Counted from the first letter of the whole stretch, positions 11,411 to 24,229 are shown. The stretch: 63,747 nt of DNA, filler included, from Globobulimina sp. (GCA_003354225.1; 28 parts of 28 records of this genome joined end to end with filler, not necessarily neighbours in it), one strand, 5' to 3'. Notes: a model not told the origin generated them from the sequence alone. Made by a program: numbers and translations.

Positions 11411-12905
11411 ATTTTATAATAATACGCATGTTTATCCAATTTATTAACATTCCCCACGTTCAATATTATTTCTTTTGTGTCTGAGACCCCGCAAGTTGGC
11501 GAACCATCTGTGTTATGGCTTAATTTATAATTTCAAAAGGCAGGAAACAAAAACCTGTTAACAATATAATGTGATTCATAGAGAAGTTGCTATCATGGTT
11601 ATCCATCATATTGATATCATCTTTAATATATTTTACAGCCGCTAACAATGCACGATTTATATTTGTGGCACCACCAACTTGCTGATCCATCACATAATGT
11701 ATTGCCGCATCAATCTTTTCCTCCGTCGCTGTAATTAATGCTGGCAATGCTTTTTCAACATCTCCATCAAAGAAAATAATACCGGACCGATCATGATTAA
11801 TTCGCAGCTGCTTCAATGCCATAATCGTTGCTGACTTTGTTTTGGACCATTTGAGTCCAGACATACTTCCTACAGTTTTATAAAAACATTTGTTTTCCAC
11901 AGATCGACAAAATATGCATTATTATATACCTGATTTATCCACCACAAATACCACACGTCTTGGTATTAATATATGTTTTTTAAGTCCATCATCAACTCCT
12001 TCATTAATATCATCCATGTCATCAATCAATGCTTCATTAATTATATCCGATATAATATGACAAAATGTTCCCGTTTTCTGGTCATATAATACCGTACAAT
12101 CATTCTGTTCTCCTTTAACTTTATATCTCAAACTCAATTCATTCATAGTCGACGATATCGCTATTTTGCCCTTCACCAAACAATGCTTTTCGTTTTCATC
12201 CATCACATTATTTTCCACAATAAAACCATCTGTTTTTGATGGTATATTTACATCAAAAATGCCATTCCAATCTTTAATGTCCAAATCAATCGCAATATAA
12301 TCAAAGGTCTGCTGGATACCATATTTCTGAAAATTGCGTAATATTTCAATAGTAAGCTCATTAAAATCAAATTTCTTTGCTAAATATTGTTCGATTGTGA
12401 TTTGCAGCAAAACTTTGGATTTTGAGTCAATGTTTGTTTTAATCAAGAAAACGTTTGGAATGTTATCATAAGGCTGCAATATCAGGATCGCATTTTCATC
12501 CTTTGTCTTAGCTTCCATATATTCTTCATTTGCTTGTTGTTTTTCCTTTGTTTCCCCATAAAATATATCCCCATCAATGTCCGCCATAAAACCAGAGATA
12601 AACGCATTTGAATCGATAGTTATTTCAAACCTTAATTCTGTGCTTCCACTGTCGATTTCATTTATGTTTTCAAAGGAAAATGAATAAATAATGGTGGCAT
12701 AACGTTGGTTAATATGCGCGGAGATATTATGTGCATTCAATGAGATCGGATTGTGACTATTTGAAATAAGGTTGCTTTGATATTGAGGGAATGTCCATAA
12801 TAAAGCTTGTTCAAATTCTTTTGTTTTGCGTCGGTGTCTACGAATAACTGGCTTGAACTTTCTGGCGGTTTCACGATTTTCCACCGTTCGTAACTCAATT
12901 TCCAT
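11411..12905 (-). CDS. VIT + vWA domain protein (inter-alpha-trypsin inhibitor heavy chain-like), 3'-truncated; intron 11870-11929
   Basis: VIT motifs: ISAHINQRYAT...FEITIDSNAFISGF...YGETKEKQQANEEY...YLAKKFD. Splicing restores the MIDAS motif VVFVVDKSGSMSG, followed by GGATNINRALLAA and IILLTDG. Upstream exons may extend it to 13592. Confidence 0.85.
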
Positions 12906-13183
12906 GGTTTTGATTCTCGCTTTAATATGATTGATTTGATGGAAAAGTTTGGATGAATTCTATGTTACAGTTATAATATAAAAATGGTTGTTGAATGCGA
13001 ACAAGAAATGAGTGAAACTACACTTGAAGTTGAAGGTGATCCATTTTCTATTTTTTGTATTTCTGATTCAATGTCATTTAGTAAACGTCGAATCTCCCGA
13101 TCAATACTCTCAACCTCGCGAACAACCATTGACATAATTATGTTCTGAATGAAAGTTTTTGACCTAAAATGGAGCGAACAAAT

Positions 13184-13592
13184 TTACAATTTAAGATTAT
13201 CATTCACAACAAACTCATAACAATGTTGAATTAATAATCTCCATTCTTTGTTTGCAACATTTTGACAAAATGCCATCAAAACATCATCCTTTTGTCTTAC
13301 AGCTTTCTCGCAAAGATTCGTAAAGGAACGTGCTTCCCATTCCAATTCAAAATGTTGTGGGTTTTTATCATTAATCATTAACATCGACTGCAAGAAGTTT
13401 GTGATTTGTTTATGTTTTTGATATTGCGCTTTTTTTAATTTATCATTGTACACAATGTCATAGCAAAATGTGGCAATTAATGGGAATATAATTTTCTGCT
13501 GGCCAGTTTGTGAAAGCCAATAGTTTGAATTGTTCCAACCTGAGCCATATTCGCCAACATATTGTCCTTCTCTCCGATGCGTCAATGCATGC
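13184..13592 (-). CDS. Uncharacterised coding exon, possibly an N-terminal extension of the VIT-vWA gene
   Basis: The frame is open from the contig edge for more than 133 aa, on the same strand as the VIT-vWA gene, with short intron-like gaps in between. Confidence 0.4.
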
Positions 13593-13786
13593 NNNNNNNN
13601 NNNNNNNNNNNNNNNNNNNNNNNNNNNNNNNNNNNNTTAATTAATTAANNNNNNNNNNNNNNNNNNNNNNNNNNNNNNNNNNNNNNNNNNNNAAAGAAGA
13701 TTTATCATTTTTTTTTCATATCTAATTATCACACTCATTAATAAAAACTCTTATTTTTTTACATTGGGACGAAAAACTTTACTTAG

Positions 13787-14550
13787 GAATAACTACCACA
13801 TTAAATGCCAGAGCTTCGACATTAGCCGCAGCAAATCCAGCCTTTGGTAGATATGATAAGCGAAGAACACCAGAAGTTAATATAAATTTACCTGCTGCAT
13901 TACTCTCACGGTTTGATTTATTATTTGTATTGGTGGATCAAGCAAATTTAGATTCGGATATAGCACTTGCGCGCCATATTGCATTTGTACATCAACATTT
14001 AAGACACCCCGCATTAGATTTTGAGCCATATTCATCCGATTTACTACGTGCATATATCGCAGAAGCAAGAACCTATTCACCCTCAATACCTATGAATTTA
14101 ACTGAATATTTAATTGGTTGCTACGTGTCAATGAGAGCAGCCTCATTGGACGAAAATGGTCAGTATGACAGTAGGAAAATTGTTGGTACGCCGCGAACAT
14201 TATTATCGATTTTACGCTTATCTCAGGCCCTCGCTAGGATTCGATTTAGTGATGTTGTGAATCAGTCGGATGTGCAGGAAGCTATGCGATTGATGAAAGA
14301 AGCAAAGTATTCTACATTACAACAAGAAGATATTGAGAAGGAATGGCAAGATGAGATGTCTAGAGTCTATCAAATAATAACGCAATATTTTAATACCCGA
14401 CACATTGATTCCTGCAGAATCGCGGATTTAAAATCAACATTAACAACGAGAGGGTTTAATGATGATATTATTGATAAAACGTTAGATGCATATCAAGCAA
14501 ATGATATTTGGTATATCTCTGCTGATGGGGAGACATTGGAGTTAATATAA
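13787..14550 (+). CDS. MCM7: DNA replication licensing factor MCM7, last exon
   Basis: After the acceptor ttag (13786): ITTTLNARASTLAAANPAFGRY...NINLPAALLSRFDLLFVLVD...LARHIAFVH...TPRTLLSILRLSQALARIRFSDVV. Confidence 0.92.
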
Positions 14551-14814
14551 CATCTTTTTTTTTTGTTGGTGTTTGTTTTTATGTGCTTTGACATAATAAT
14601 ACAAGTTATTTAATATTATTCCATCTTTTTTTTTTGCAATTCATATTAGAAACATTAGTTTTTGTGTTGTTGGTGTTTTGACTCAAATTACTTTTGTGGT
14701 CGAGGAAGAATAAGTTATTCACAATCAAAGGATAAATGTATGCAAAAATAGCAATAAAAAAAAGGTTCTGAATACATCAACCTATACTTATCACGCTTAC
14801 AATATATATAAATA

Positions 14815-15874
14815 TTATTTTTTAAATTTTGATTGCGTTTTTTTGAGTTTTTCCGCTTTTATCCGTTCGTCCAATTTGTTCCCAGCAGATAATAATTTTT
14901 CCATTTCAATCAAACAATTTATTGCTTCAACCATATTTTTAACTTGTTCCACTTCCGATATTCCTAAAGAAGTAGTTTGATAAATTGTAATTTCTTCTTT
15001 ATAATGCAACGGATTTACAACATCTCCCAAATCTTCATCGTCATGAATTAATTCCTTTTCTTTTTCCGTTTCCGTTTCCGTTTCTTTTTCCTTTTCCTCA
15101 CTATTCATTAAAGTTTTCAACGCTACTTTTGCTTCATTAAAGTCCTTAAAATTATGTTGCAATTTTGCAGATTTATTTGAGATTTCAGGTAAATTTAAAT
15201 TAGACATAAAATCATCTTCTTTTAAGTTCAAATTTTCTTTTTTTTTCTCATCAATAATCGAGATTGTAATCGCATCATTTTCACAGATGCTCGTTTGCGA
15301 GTTTTCGATTTTCCTTATTTTGGGAAATGAATGCGATTTATATTTGGACGTAGAGTTTCTCAGTTCTCGCACTTCCTTATTGCTCGGCAGCTGACTGGCA
15401 TACGCCATAAACATTTGTTGTGCGGAATCAACGTCATGTTGATATGCAGTCAAATTGCGAATTTCTAAAATATCATTAAACTTTTCATGGCAAATTAAAT
15501 TTGGTAACTTGACGGTTACATAGACTCTCATGGAAGTGCCAAAATATTGCGGATTGGACGAAATATATCCCAGTTCATCGTCAAATACAAAGCCTATTTC
15601 ACTGTACAATTTAGAAAAATTCATTTTTTTAATTTTATATTCTTGTTTCGTTAATCGCAAGCCGCGATGTTTACTTTTTTTCTCTTTTTTTTCTTGTAAT
15701 TGTTTATTTTTCTCTTGCTGTTTTTTAACTAAGTCAGTAAAGGTAATCGTATCATCATTAGTGGGTGTTTCAGAGACTAACATTTGTTCATTGCTCTCAT
15801 TGGTAGGCGTCTCAATCGCTATATAAGTTTGCCAAAAATTCAAACATTTTTAAAGTAACTACACTCAAAAACTT
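14815..15874 (-). CDS. Divergent ATP:guanido phosphotransferase (arginine/creatine kinase-like) C-terminal region, 5'-truncated
   Basis: GFVFDDELGYISSNPQYFGTSMRVYVTVKLPNL aligns with the family LGYxxxCPxNLGTxxRASVHxKLP motif. The C-terminal LGISEVEQVKNMVEAINCLIEMEKLLSAG matches LGxSEVExVxxxxDGVxxLIxMEKxLExG. Confidence 0.75.
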
Positions 15875-15989
15875 NNNNNNNNNNNNNNNNNNNNNNNNNN
15901 NNNNNNNNNNNNNNNNNNTTAATTAATTAANNNNNNNNNNNNNNNNNNNNNNNNNNNNNNNNNNNNNNNNNNNNTTTATAGCAAAACAA

Positions 15990-17978
15990 ATGGAGTCGAC
16001 GTCAAATAAGAATATTAATAGTAATAATAAGAAAACACTGCGTAAATTGCAAAGAAAATCAAATATGAAATTAAAAAAAGAAATTAATGAATATAGAAAG
16101 TTTGAATGTTTATTAAAAAAAGCATGCTCGGAAATGATTGAACAAGTATCAAAACAAAATAAATCAATGCTTATTATACGCAAAAGATTACAAGAAATGA
16201 TTGAAAATATTACAAACAATTTGCAATTGCAATGTAAAACAATGGAAAAACAATTTTCATCGATTATAAGAATACAAATGACAGAGTCAGAGAGAGAGAT
16301 AGAGAGTGAATTCGAAGGCAGTGAAGGGAGCGATGTCTGTATGGCCTTCGATGAGCTGCATTTAGGACTATATTTATTATATAATCAGATATCGAAGAAA
16401 GAATATGAATTTAATGTCATTCATCAACGGGAAATCCGTAAACAATGCATGATTCACAGGATGTTTTGGAAGAAATATACACAAATGATATCATTACAAA
16501 ATAAAATGAATGAAATGAAAAAAAGAGAATATGAATCAAATCAATACACAACGCAGTTAGAGAAGGATATGAATGACATAAATGAAAATGGGAAATTAGA
16601 TAAATATCAAATGCAAATAAATAATAAACAATCATTAATCAAAACAAAATACAATTCATTAAAACACAAACAAAATACATTAAAAATATTAAAAAATACG
16701 CTAAAAAAATATAAAATTAATGCAAATACGTTAACAAATCAAATAAATGAAATGGAAAAAGAAAATCACTCGAAACAAACACAAATTATCAGAGCAGAAA
16801 AGAAAAAGTTTCAAAACTTAATAAATTCGCAAAAAATCGATATTGAAATGAAACAATATTTAATTGAAAGAAAACAATCTGTAAAAACAAATCAATTGCA
16901 ATTAAACAATCTATTTAAAGATCTGAATGATAAAAGGTTTAAATTAAAATCCTTGCAATATGACACAAAACAAATTAAAAATCAATATGATTTTGATGTG
17001 ATTTCATCAGAATTTGATGACGATGCATATGGCGATGCTTCTGCTTCGAATTCAGACATTTCATCCAATGTTCCATCAGCAGATAATTCAAATAATGAAA
17101 AAGAAATGATTCAAGAGTTAAAAAAGAATCTACTAAAACAAGAATATGAAATAAGTTGTTTCGATGTGGAAATTAAAAAAGAAAAAGAGAGAATGCAAAA
17201 TGATAAGAAGTCATTGGAATTAGTATGTGACACTCATCAATCATTAGAATCAAAATATAAACAATGCAATGAGAGCATTGATAAATTAAATCAAGAACGA
17301 AATGATAAATTTAAAGAAATGGTTGATTTAATATTGGCAGATTCGAATAAAGTATTAATAATTTTGAATAATTTTAATAATTTTAATATTAATAAAGATG
17401 ATATTTATGGTGAAGATGAGCACGAACCGGGAACCACACCGACATTGACAGCGGTATGTCCCGCAGTGGCAGTGGCAGTGGATAATAATGCAATTATTTC
17501 AAAAATATACCATGATTTAAATCATGTCTATGATATTTTTGATGATTTAGATTTTGAGAATACAATATTATCGATACGATCAGTTATGGATTCAATAAGG
17601 AATGATCGAGAAAAAACAAATCAAACCTTATTGAATGAAAAAACGTTATTACAGATTAAGGAAAAAGAAATCGAAAAGCAATATAAAAAACAGCGGACTT
17701 TATTAAAAAAAACCCGTCAAATTCAAAAAAAACAATTTGAAAAAGAACGAAGAAAACAAAAACAACAAATACATAATATCCGCAATAAAAATATTAATGA
17801 GAATGATAGTTTAAGTTCTTTAAGTAATTTAGATACAGATTCAAGTTTCAATGACTCAGAAACTGACAAACAACAAAAAAGAAAAAAAAAATCACGAAAA
17901 AAAAGAAAATCGAGAAAATCCAAAAAATTGAAACAGTCAAAGCAACAAAATTCAAATAAACGAATTTCTGATTCGTAA
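15990..17978 (+). CDS. Long K/N/E-rich coiled-coil protein with a basic C-terminal tail
   Basis: 662-aa ORF with heptad-like composition and no recognisable domain. Confidence 0.7.
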   Translation: MESTSNKNINSNNKKTLRKLQRKSNMKLKKEINEYRKFECLLKKACSEMIEQVSKQNKSMLIIRKRLQEMIENITNNLQLQCKTMEKQFSSIIRIQMTESEREIESEFEGSEGSDVCMAFDELHLGLYLLYNQISKKEYEFNVIHQREIRKQCMIHRMFWKKYTQMISLQNKMNEMKKREYESNQYTTQLEKDMNDINENGKLDKYQMQINNKQSLIKTKYNSLKHKQNTLKILKNTLKKYKINANTLTNQINEMEKENHSKQTQIIRAEKKKFQNLINSQKIDIEMKQYLIERKQSVKTNQLQLNNLFKDLNDKRFKLKSLQYDTKQIKNQYDFDVISSEFDDDAYGDASASNSDISSNVPSADNSNNEKEMIQELKKNLLKQEYEISCFDVEIKKEKERMQNDKKSLELVCDTHQSLESKYKQCNESIDKLNQERNDKFKEMVDLILADSNKVLIILNNFNNFNINKDDIYGEDEHEPGTTPTLTAVCPAVAVAVDNNAIISKIYHDLNHVYDIFDDLDFENTILSIRSVMDSIRNDREKTNQTLLNEKTLLQIKEKEIEKQYKKQRTLLKKTRQIQKKQFEKERRKQKQQIHNIRNKNINENDSLSSLSNLDTDSSFNDSETDKQQKRKKKSRKKRKSRKSKKLKQSKQQNSNKRISDS

Positions 17979-18377
17979 AAACTATACACGTCACTTTTTA
18001 TTTATGTTTTGTTGAAGTAAAAAAAAAACTAACATTTCTTACATGAATAGTTTTGTCTATTAGACTATGGCTAACTAAGTTTTTTTCGAGACCGTTACAT
18101 TTCAAGTCTACTTATGTCTAAGAGGATTGCTTGCCAGCAGCGTGGATTAATAAATANNNNNNNNNNNNNNNNNNNNNNNNNNNNNNNNNNNNNNNNNNNN
18201 TTAATTAATTAANNNNNNNNNNNNNNNNNNNNNNNNNNNNNNNNNNNNNNNNNNNNTCCCATTGATATGTTCCTTGTCTTACTGACATGTTTACCTTACT
18301 CTACGCACACAATTTTTCATCTTAAAACACAGTAAAAGAAAAGCACATATTCTCATTTGATTAGCAAGATAAATTAA

Positions 18378-19292
18378 TCAGTTGTGGTGTGAATGAGTGC
18401 TGTTTGAACAACACAACCGATAAAACCCAAAACACATTAAAAAAGGAATCAACATGAAAACCCATCCAATTTTCCCTAAATCAATATTATAGACTGCTGT
18501 ATGTGCATAAAATTGCCTATTTCCACCCCTCTTTACATCATTATTATCCTCGTAATCATACGTATCACCATCACCATTTCCAATTGCATCCAAATTCTGT
18601 TTAATTCCATTAATTTTCCTTTCAATCAGCTCATCGTCGCGATAAACTTCCTCAATGTTTTTACCATTTTTATTCATTGATATTTTAGTCACTTTTTGGC
18701 CGTTGACCCACGACGTGCTTTGCGATTGACTCGTAAATACATTCTGGCCATGGCCACCAAACCCAAAACCACCAAATACATCTTCAATGTCAATACCACC
18801 ACCATCCATATCATCAAACAACTCATCAAAATGTTTAAATCTGCCACGAAACATCTCATCACCAAATGAGTCAGAAAACATATCCTGAAATATATCAAAT
18901 GGATCATTGAAAACATCACGAAAACCATTTAAATTGCCACGATCACAGCGTTTGCGTTGTCGTTCATCGCTCAGTATCTCGTACGCTTGTGCTATTTCCT
19001 TAAATTTAGCATCTGCCTCTTGCTCATTTCCTGGATTTTTCTATGTGTTTTTATAAAGTTATGTGATTTGTGTGCTTATTTTATAGTAAATATTCATTGT
19101 TCATACATCAGGATGCCACTTCATTGCTAATTTTCGGTAGGCTTTTTTTATTTGTTTTGGCGTTGCATCGTTTGATACACCCAACACACCATAATATTCG
19201 CACTGGTTTTTGCAGTGCACACGTTGGAGTTGGAGGAGTATAATAAGTGCAAATGAAATGATGTGTATCACGGAAACTGTCGTTGCCATCAT
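18378..19292 (-). CDS. DnaJ/Hsp40 with signal peptide and C-terminal TM segment; intron 19041-19106
   Basis: Hydrophobic leader, then the J-domain [55 protein letters not shown], a G/F-rich region and a C-terminal hydrophobic helix. Confidence 0.88.
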
Positions 19293-19418
19293 CAAATTTG
19301 ATGATTCTGAGTGAAAATCTTTAGTTAAATATGGTTTTATCCTTACACCAATTCTCTCGTTTCTATTCACACAATTAATAAATTCAGACAATTAAGCATC
19401 ACAATTCACAACTGTAAC

Positions 19419-20078
19419 TTAGTTGAAGTCAACATCTTGATCCATACCAAAATCATCATCCTCTTCATCAATATCATCCTTTTTAAATTGCACTAAAATT
19501 GGGTATATTTTATGAAATCCGTTATTTATTTCCGCCTTTGATTTGGCGCCAGTTATTACAATTTTGCCCGACACAAAGGCTAAAATCACAATTTTGGGTT
19601 GGTTCATTCGATAAATTAGTCCTGGAAATAGCTCTGGTTCGTACGATGAAAACTGTGCGTGTGACACTGCTAAGCCTTCCAAACGAATAGGGAATCCCAC
19701 ATCGCATGAACCCACAACATTTTGTATCTTAAAATCTCGAAATTGAGCGGGAAAGTCCAATTTTTGCAATATCCGCGCATATTTACGGCCAGCGACCCAG
19801 GCCTTGTCTTCGGATCTTGCTCCGGTGACTACGATTTTGCCACTCCCAAAGATCAATGCAGTGGATTTTGGGTCTCGTATTCGCATAACAACGGCCGCGA
19901 AACGTTTGGGATTATATTCACTGTTTCTTGACCGTGTCACAATGTCTTTCAAATCCAGGCGACATTGCACATCCATCGTTGCGACCACATTTTGAGTCTG
20001 TGGCAATTCTTTTGGTTGTGCATGATCTGAGACTGATATTGGATTTGCATTGTTAAGATCCAGTTGAAAGTGTGACAT
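19419..20078 (-). CDS. TBP: TATA-box binding protein
   Basis: QNVVAT...LDLKDI...[37 protein letters not shown]...[22 protein letters not shown]...[13 protein letters not shown]. Confidence 0.97.
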   Translation of the reverse strand: MSHFQLDLNNANPISVSDHAQPKELPQTQNVVATMDVQCRLDLKDIVTRSRNSEYNPKRFAAVVMRIRDPKSTALIFGSGKIVVTGARSEDKAWVAGRKYARILQKLDFPAQFRDFKIQNVVGSCDVGFPIRLEGLAVSHAQFSSYEPELFPGLIYRMNQPKIVILAFVSGKIVITGAKSKAEINNGFHKIYPILVQFKKDDIDEEDDDFGMDQDVDFN

Positions 20079-20140
20079 GATCCAAGTAGCAAAAGATTTT
20101 ATTTAATATTCAAGTAAACAGAAAATACGGCTCTCCGATC

Positions 20141-20437
20141 ATGGCACTATCAGCAAAAGATTATAATAAATACAAGCGCAAACACAAAAAAAATAAGACA
20201 GATCCACGTATCACAGGTCAATATGTATTCTTTCACCAATCATGGCCGTCACAATGGCATAAAGCACCAATGATTGTTGACAATATTAATTATAACTGTT
20301 GTGAGCAATATATGATGGCTCAGAAAGCGAAATTATTCAATGATGAAGAGATTTTGTACCAAATAATGAATACAAATAATCCAGGCACTCAGAAACAGCT
20401 TGGGAGAAAAATTAAGAATTTTAATCAAAAACAGTGG
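20141..20437 (+). CDS. NADAR (YbiA-like) family protein, 3'-truncated
   Basis: YVFF...SQWH...YNCCEQYMMAQKAKLFNDEEILYQIMNTNNPGTQKQLGRKIKNFNQKQW is the NADAR signature. Confidence 0.88.
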
Positions 20438-20537
20438 NNNNNNNNNNNNNNNNNNNNNNNNNNNNNNNNNNNNNNNNNNNNTTAATTAATTAANNNNNNN
20501 NNNNNNNNNNNNNNNNNNNNNNNNNNNNNNNNNNNNN

Positions 20538-21997
20538 TGACCAATATTACAATGGCTTTCTCATCATTCACGTCTTCATAACAAAACGCAATCTGATCCA
20601 TGTACATATTCTCCTGCGTTGTCTGCTCGTTTTCCTTCTCATTGCGCAGTACTTTCATATTCGCGCTATGCAAATCGCAATATTTCACAGACTCTTTTTT
20701 GTTGCCCATCACAGCCAGACACATTGCAACGGCGTCATTCAACTTATTCTCATTCACATATTGCTGCCGCAGCAACATCAACAAAACCAGAGCCTTGTCG
20801 TAAATGCCTTGGTTATAATATATTTTTGCTAAATAACCCACACTTTCCCCGCCTTTTCCTTCCGGTTGGTATCTTAAAGCGGATTCGTAGCTTAATTCGT
20901 AATTCGTGCGCTCTCCGCAGATGACACTAAATATTAAGCCGTCGACCCAGCGCTGCACAGTGGGGAACAATGAGAGTGCGATCACGAAATGATTGAATTC
21001 GAACAGTGGCCGCGTCAAAGCTAAGCCGGCATGGCAGATTGCTTCGTTTCTGCTGATGTCAAAGGTCGCATCTTTCAATTTGCTGTTTGTCAATCTGTGC
21101 ATATACCAATTTGACTCCTGATACTCAACGAACTCGATTTGGCCAAAAGCCTCAACGAACTGAATGCAAAATCGGTAGCCGACAGCGCTGGATTTCAGTT
21201 TGATGCTTCCCATGAAATCCCAGCCGTTTCTGATGAACATCATCGCTCTTTCGTTCATATCCAAATATAAATCCACATAATCGCCTGAATAGCAACGCAA
21301 AATATCAATATTTGATTTGACAGCAACGTACATATACACATTTTCTGTGTCATTAACCTGGTTTTACCGACGACGAAGCCAACGAAGTGGCGATTTTCAG
21401 CCGTTTTGAAAAGCACTGTGGCTCATTCTCGACGAGGCCAAATATGATACCTCCACCGTTGGGACCCATTAATTTTTGGATCTCGAATCTCCAATGAATG
21501 TTTTTATCGAATGGATTGTAATTATGTAAAGGTTCCAGATCTTCCTCTTTTATATCCTTTGCATCTTCGTCCAAACCGTCAGTAATTACAACTTTCCATC
21601 GTTTTGTTGCTGGATTAAAAGAAACAGTTTTTACGATGGAAGGACCCGAATGTTCGGAGCCTGTTATCCTGCAATGTTGGCCTGCTTCGATTGTGTTTGC
21701 TGAGTCTGCAGTGTCTGAGTCATGCGTATGTTTGGCGAATATATTGCGACCAATACTATATTCCACAGATTTCGATAATTGCAATTGTTTGAATTCGCAA
21801 ATGGTGTGGTTCAAGCCTTGGATTTGCATATTTTCTGAGTGCAAATCTTTATCAAACCCTTCCAATAAGAAACAGTATAAAATGCATGTTTGGATGATTT
21901 CTGTTGGTGCGAACAAAGGGAAATTGCTCAGGAAATAACCGCTTACCAATGATATTTCAAACAATCTCGCTTTTTTAGCAATACTCAAGTTGGACAT
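20538..21997 (-). CDS. SPRY-like + TPR protein, intron 21285-21357, 3'-truncated
   Basis: Splicing gives IHWRFEIQK...IIFGLV...VKPGDYVDLYLDMNERAMMFIRNG...YRFCIQF (SPRY), then the TPR-like YLAKIYYNQGIYDKALVLL. The N-terminus carries the LVSGYF...APTEIIQTCILY motif. Confidence 0.65.
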
Positions 21998-22827
21998 TGC
22001 CTGATTGCCGTTTGATTTGAGCTATGCGCGGTGTTTTTTTTATAGTTTTCACTGGTTACTTTGCACAAACATCAGAGACATGTTAAAAGAATGTAAATTG
22101 TCATCCATTCAAATTGCTAAAATTATGAAAGCAATTCGACAGTTTCCGCAATCTGTAATGTATAAAACATCCATCAAACGGCGCAACATTGCAAAGGCTG
22201 TCAATCAGAGCCAATTTATCGATCATCGATGTACAGCAATTAATGGTTAATAATAAATAAAATATATCCTTTGTTACATACTTAATTCTATTAAGTTTTT
22301 GTAACTTGTCTATAAAGCGTCTATTTCGCACAAAATTGCACATAAAACAAGTGATTGTGGCAATAGACAGGAAATAATGGATAAACAGAAACATAAAAAG
22401 TGACTCCCAAACTATTACAAAATCTATATAAGAAAATAAGTGCATACTACTTGTTTTGGTAAATGTTATCAGACGCGTTCATTTTTAATTGGCAGCTGAA
22501 GTGCTTATCTTTCTCTTCTCCGTCGCTCCTCGCAAATTCGAACTTTACTTCACTTCAAACCTTAAAAGTTCAATGTTCACCAAAAGTATTATCATTATAA
22601 TGATCTTAAACATTCTATCAATGAGTTCCTGCAGTAACAAGAGCCGATTAATAGGTTCAGACGATTTATTAAGTCACATCTATCAATGGCTAACATCCAC
22701 GGAATTAGTAGACAAATANNNNNNNNNNNNNNNNNNNNNNNNNNNNNNNNNNNNNNNNNNNNTTAATTAATTAANNNNNNNNNNNNNNNNNNNNNNNNNN
22801 NNNNNNNNNNNNNNNNNNGTTTCGTTT

Positions 22828-22907
22828 GGGATCGCCTCAGGATTTGAACCTGAATCTTCTGGACATATCCATCATAATTCCAGTGCTCTTCTTGAGCTAA
22901 GCGCCAC
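22828..22907 (-). pseudogene. tRNA-like sequence (pseudo-tRNA or SINE head; possibly derived from an intron-containing tRNA-Ile(TAT))
   Basis: Reverse strand: GCGCT TA GCTC AAGAA GAGC A CTGGA ATTATGATGGATATG TCCAG AAGAT TCAGG TTCAAAT CCTGA GGCGATC. The D, anticodon and T stems pair, but the acceptor stem is imperfect and the D-loop lacks GG. Confidence 0.55.
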
Positions 22908-23097
22908 TTAATTCTTTGTGTTGAGCTAAGCGCCACTTAATTAAGGTGGATTCCTTTCATTTTTAGCATGCTGCTGACTTTTCGAACTGAATGAAAAATT
23001 GAGAGCTGTTCGAAAAGATTTTCAAAAATTCAGTACTTATCGGAGAGCCCTAATGTAGATAGTGATGATAGCTCAATGAGAGCATCTTATTAAATAA

Positions 23098-24229
23098 AGT
23101 AAGTTAACCGGTCGTAACAGAAAAAAGCGGACAAAATGTGGACATATGAACATGGACAATGGGACACAAACCAGAACATGAACATTTAGCACAAAACGTG
23201 GACAAAAACAGGACAACAAATGAAACAATAAACAGAACAACAAATAGAACAATAAATGGAACATCAGGGAAAAGCTTAACAATGTGTGTATATATAAACA
23301 TATTAGGTTTGCAACCGCTTATGTCTCATGGAGGAAATATTGAAAATGTCGGTAGGCATATGACAATGTGGCACATTATCAATCGTTTGTGAGACTAGAT
23401 AGTGTATATTCAGTGGGAATTTATTGAATTGGAGATATTATTGAATGAGAAAATATATTATATTTCTTGTCACCGATGACACTGTATGCTAGTGATATTG
23501 ATGTATATGAATAGGTAGTTACCAGTATTTGGGCGAACAGCTGCTTGTTGATTGTATATTACGTGGCTGTGCGTTAACAAATTTGCTTACTATCAAAAAT
23601 TTTGTCATTATGACATTATCATGAATCTCAATGTAAGCAAATTTCTGACCTATAATGATGTGCAAGGATTAGTATAAGAAAATATTCGAATAATATATCT
23701 GCTTTGGCGCCATATCCACGCAGATTATTCTTGTGTTCAACACTTTTTATGCGAAAATGCGTATCCAATATGTGATGCATTCCGCCCTTCCTCCAAACTT
23801 TTTCCATTATTTCCCTATAATCACCACACAGCCATATTTTACTATATTCTCATAATAAAAAACAAACATAGAACATATCTCTTGTTCGCATGTTCCATTT
23901 GTTTATATACTCATTCGGGATTTCCATGGTAATTTGCAGCATGTTGCTATGTATTGTTATATGATAATATTTAATGATCAAAATGAAAACATAGAATCTG
24001 ATCATTATAGAGTGAATAGAAATACCAAATATGTCTTAGCCGGTTGCCATTGAAGTAATCAACTGCGTGTTTTTTCAAAAACAGTTTGCTTGGATTATCT
24101 GTATGTTCAACTTATTCAGTAAGTTCAACTTATTGTTCAGGTTTTTGTTCAAGATCTTGTACACAATTTTGTTCAACAAATGTCCCTCATTTGTCCACTA
24201 TTTGTCCTGTTACGACCGGTTAACTTACT
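23098..24229. mobile_element. Complete 1132-bp non-autonomous TIR element with perfect 23-bp TIRs and a 5-bp TSD (AATAA)
   Basis: agtaagttaaccggtcgtaacag (23098-23120) and ctgttacgaccggttaacttact (24207-24229). aataa lies at 23093-23097 and 24230-24234. Subterminal GGACA/GAACA repeats with roughly 12-bp periodicity are inverted at the two ends. Confidence 0.85.

Noticed and set aside
22005-22718. Possible SAM-like fragment (DMLKECKLSSIQIAKIMKAIRQ) and nearby short ORFs
   Set aside because: Too short, and no consistent exon structure could be built.
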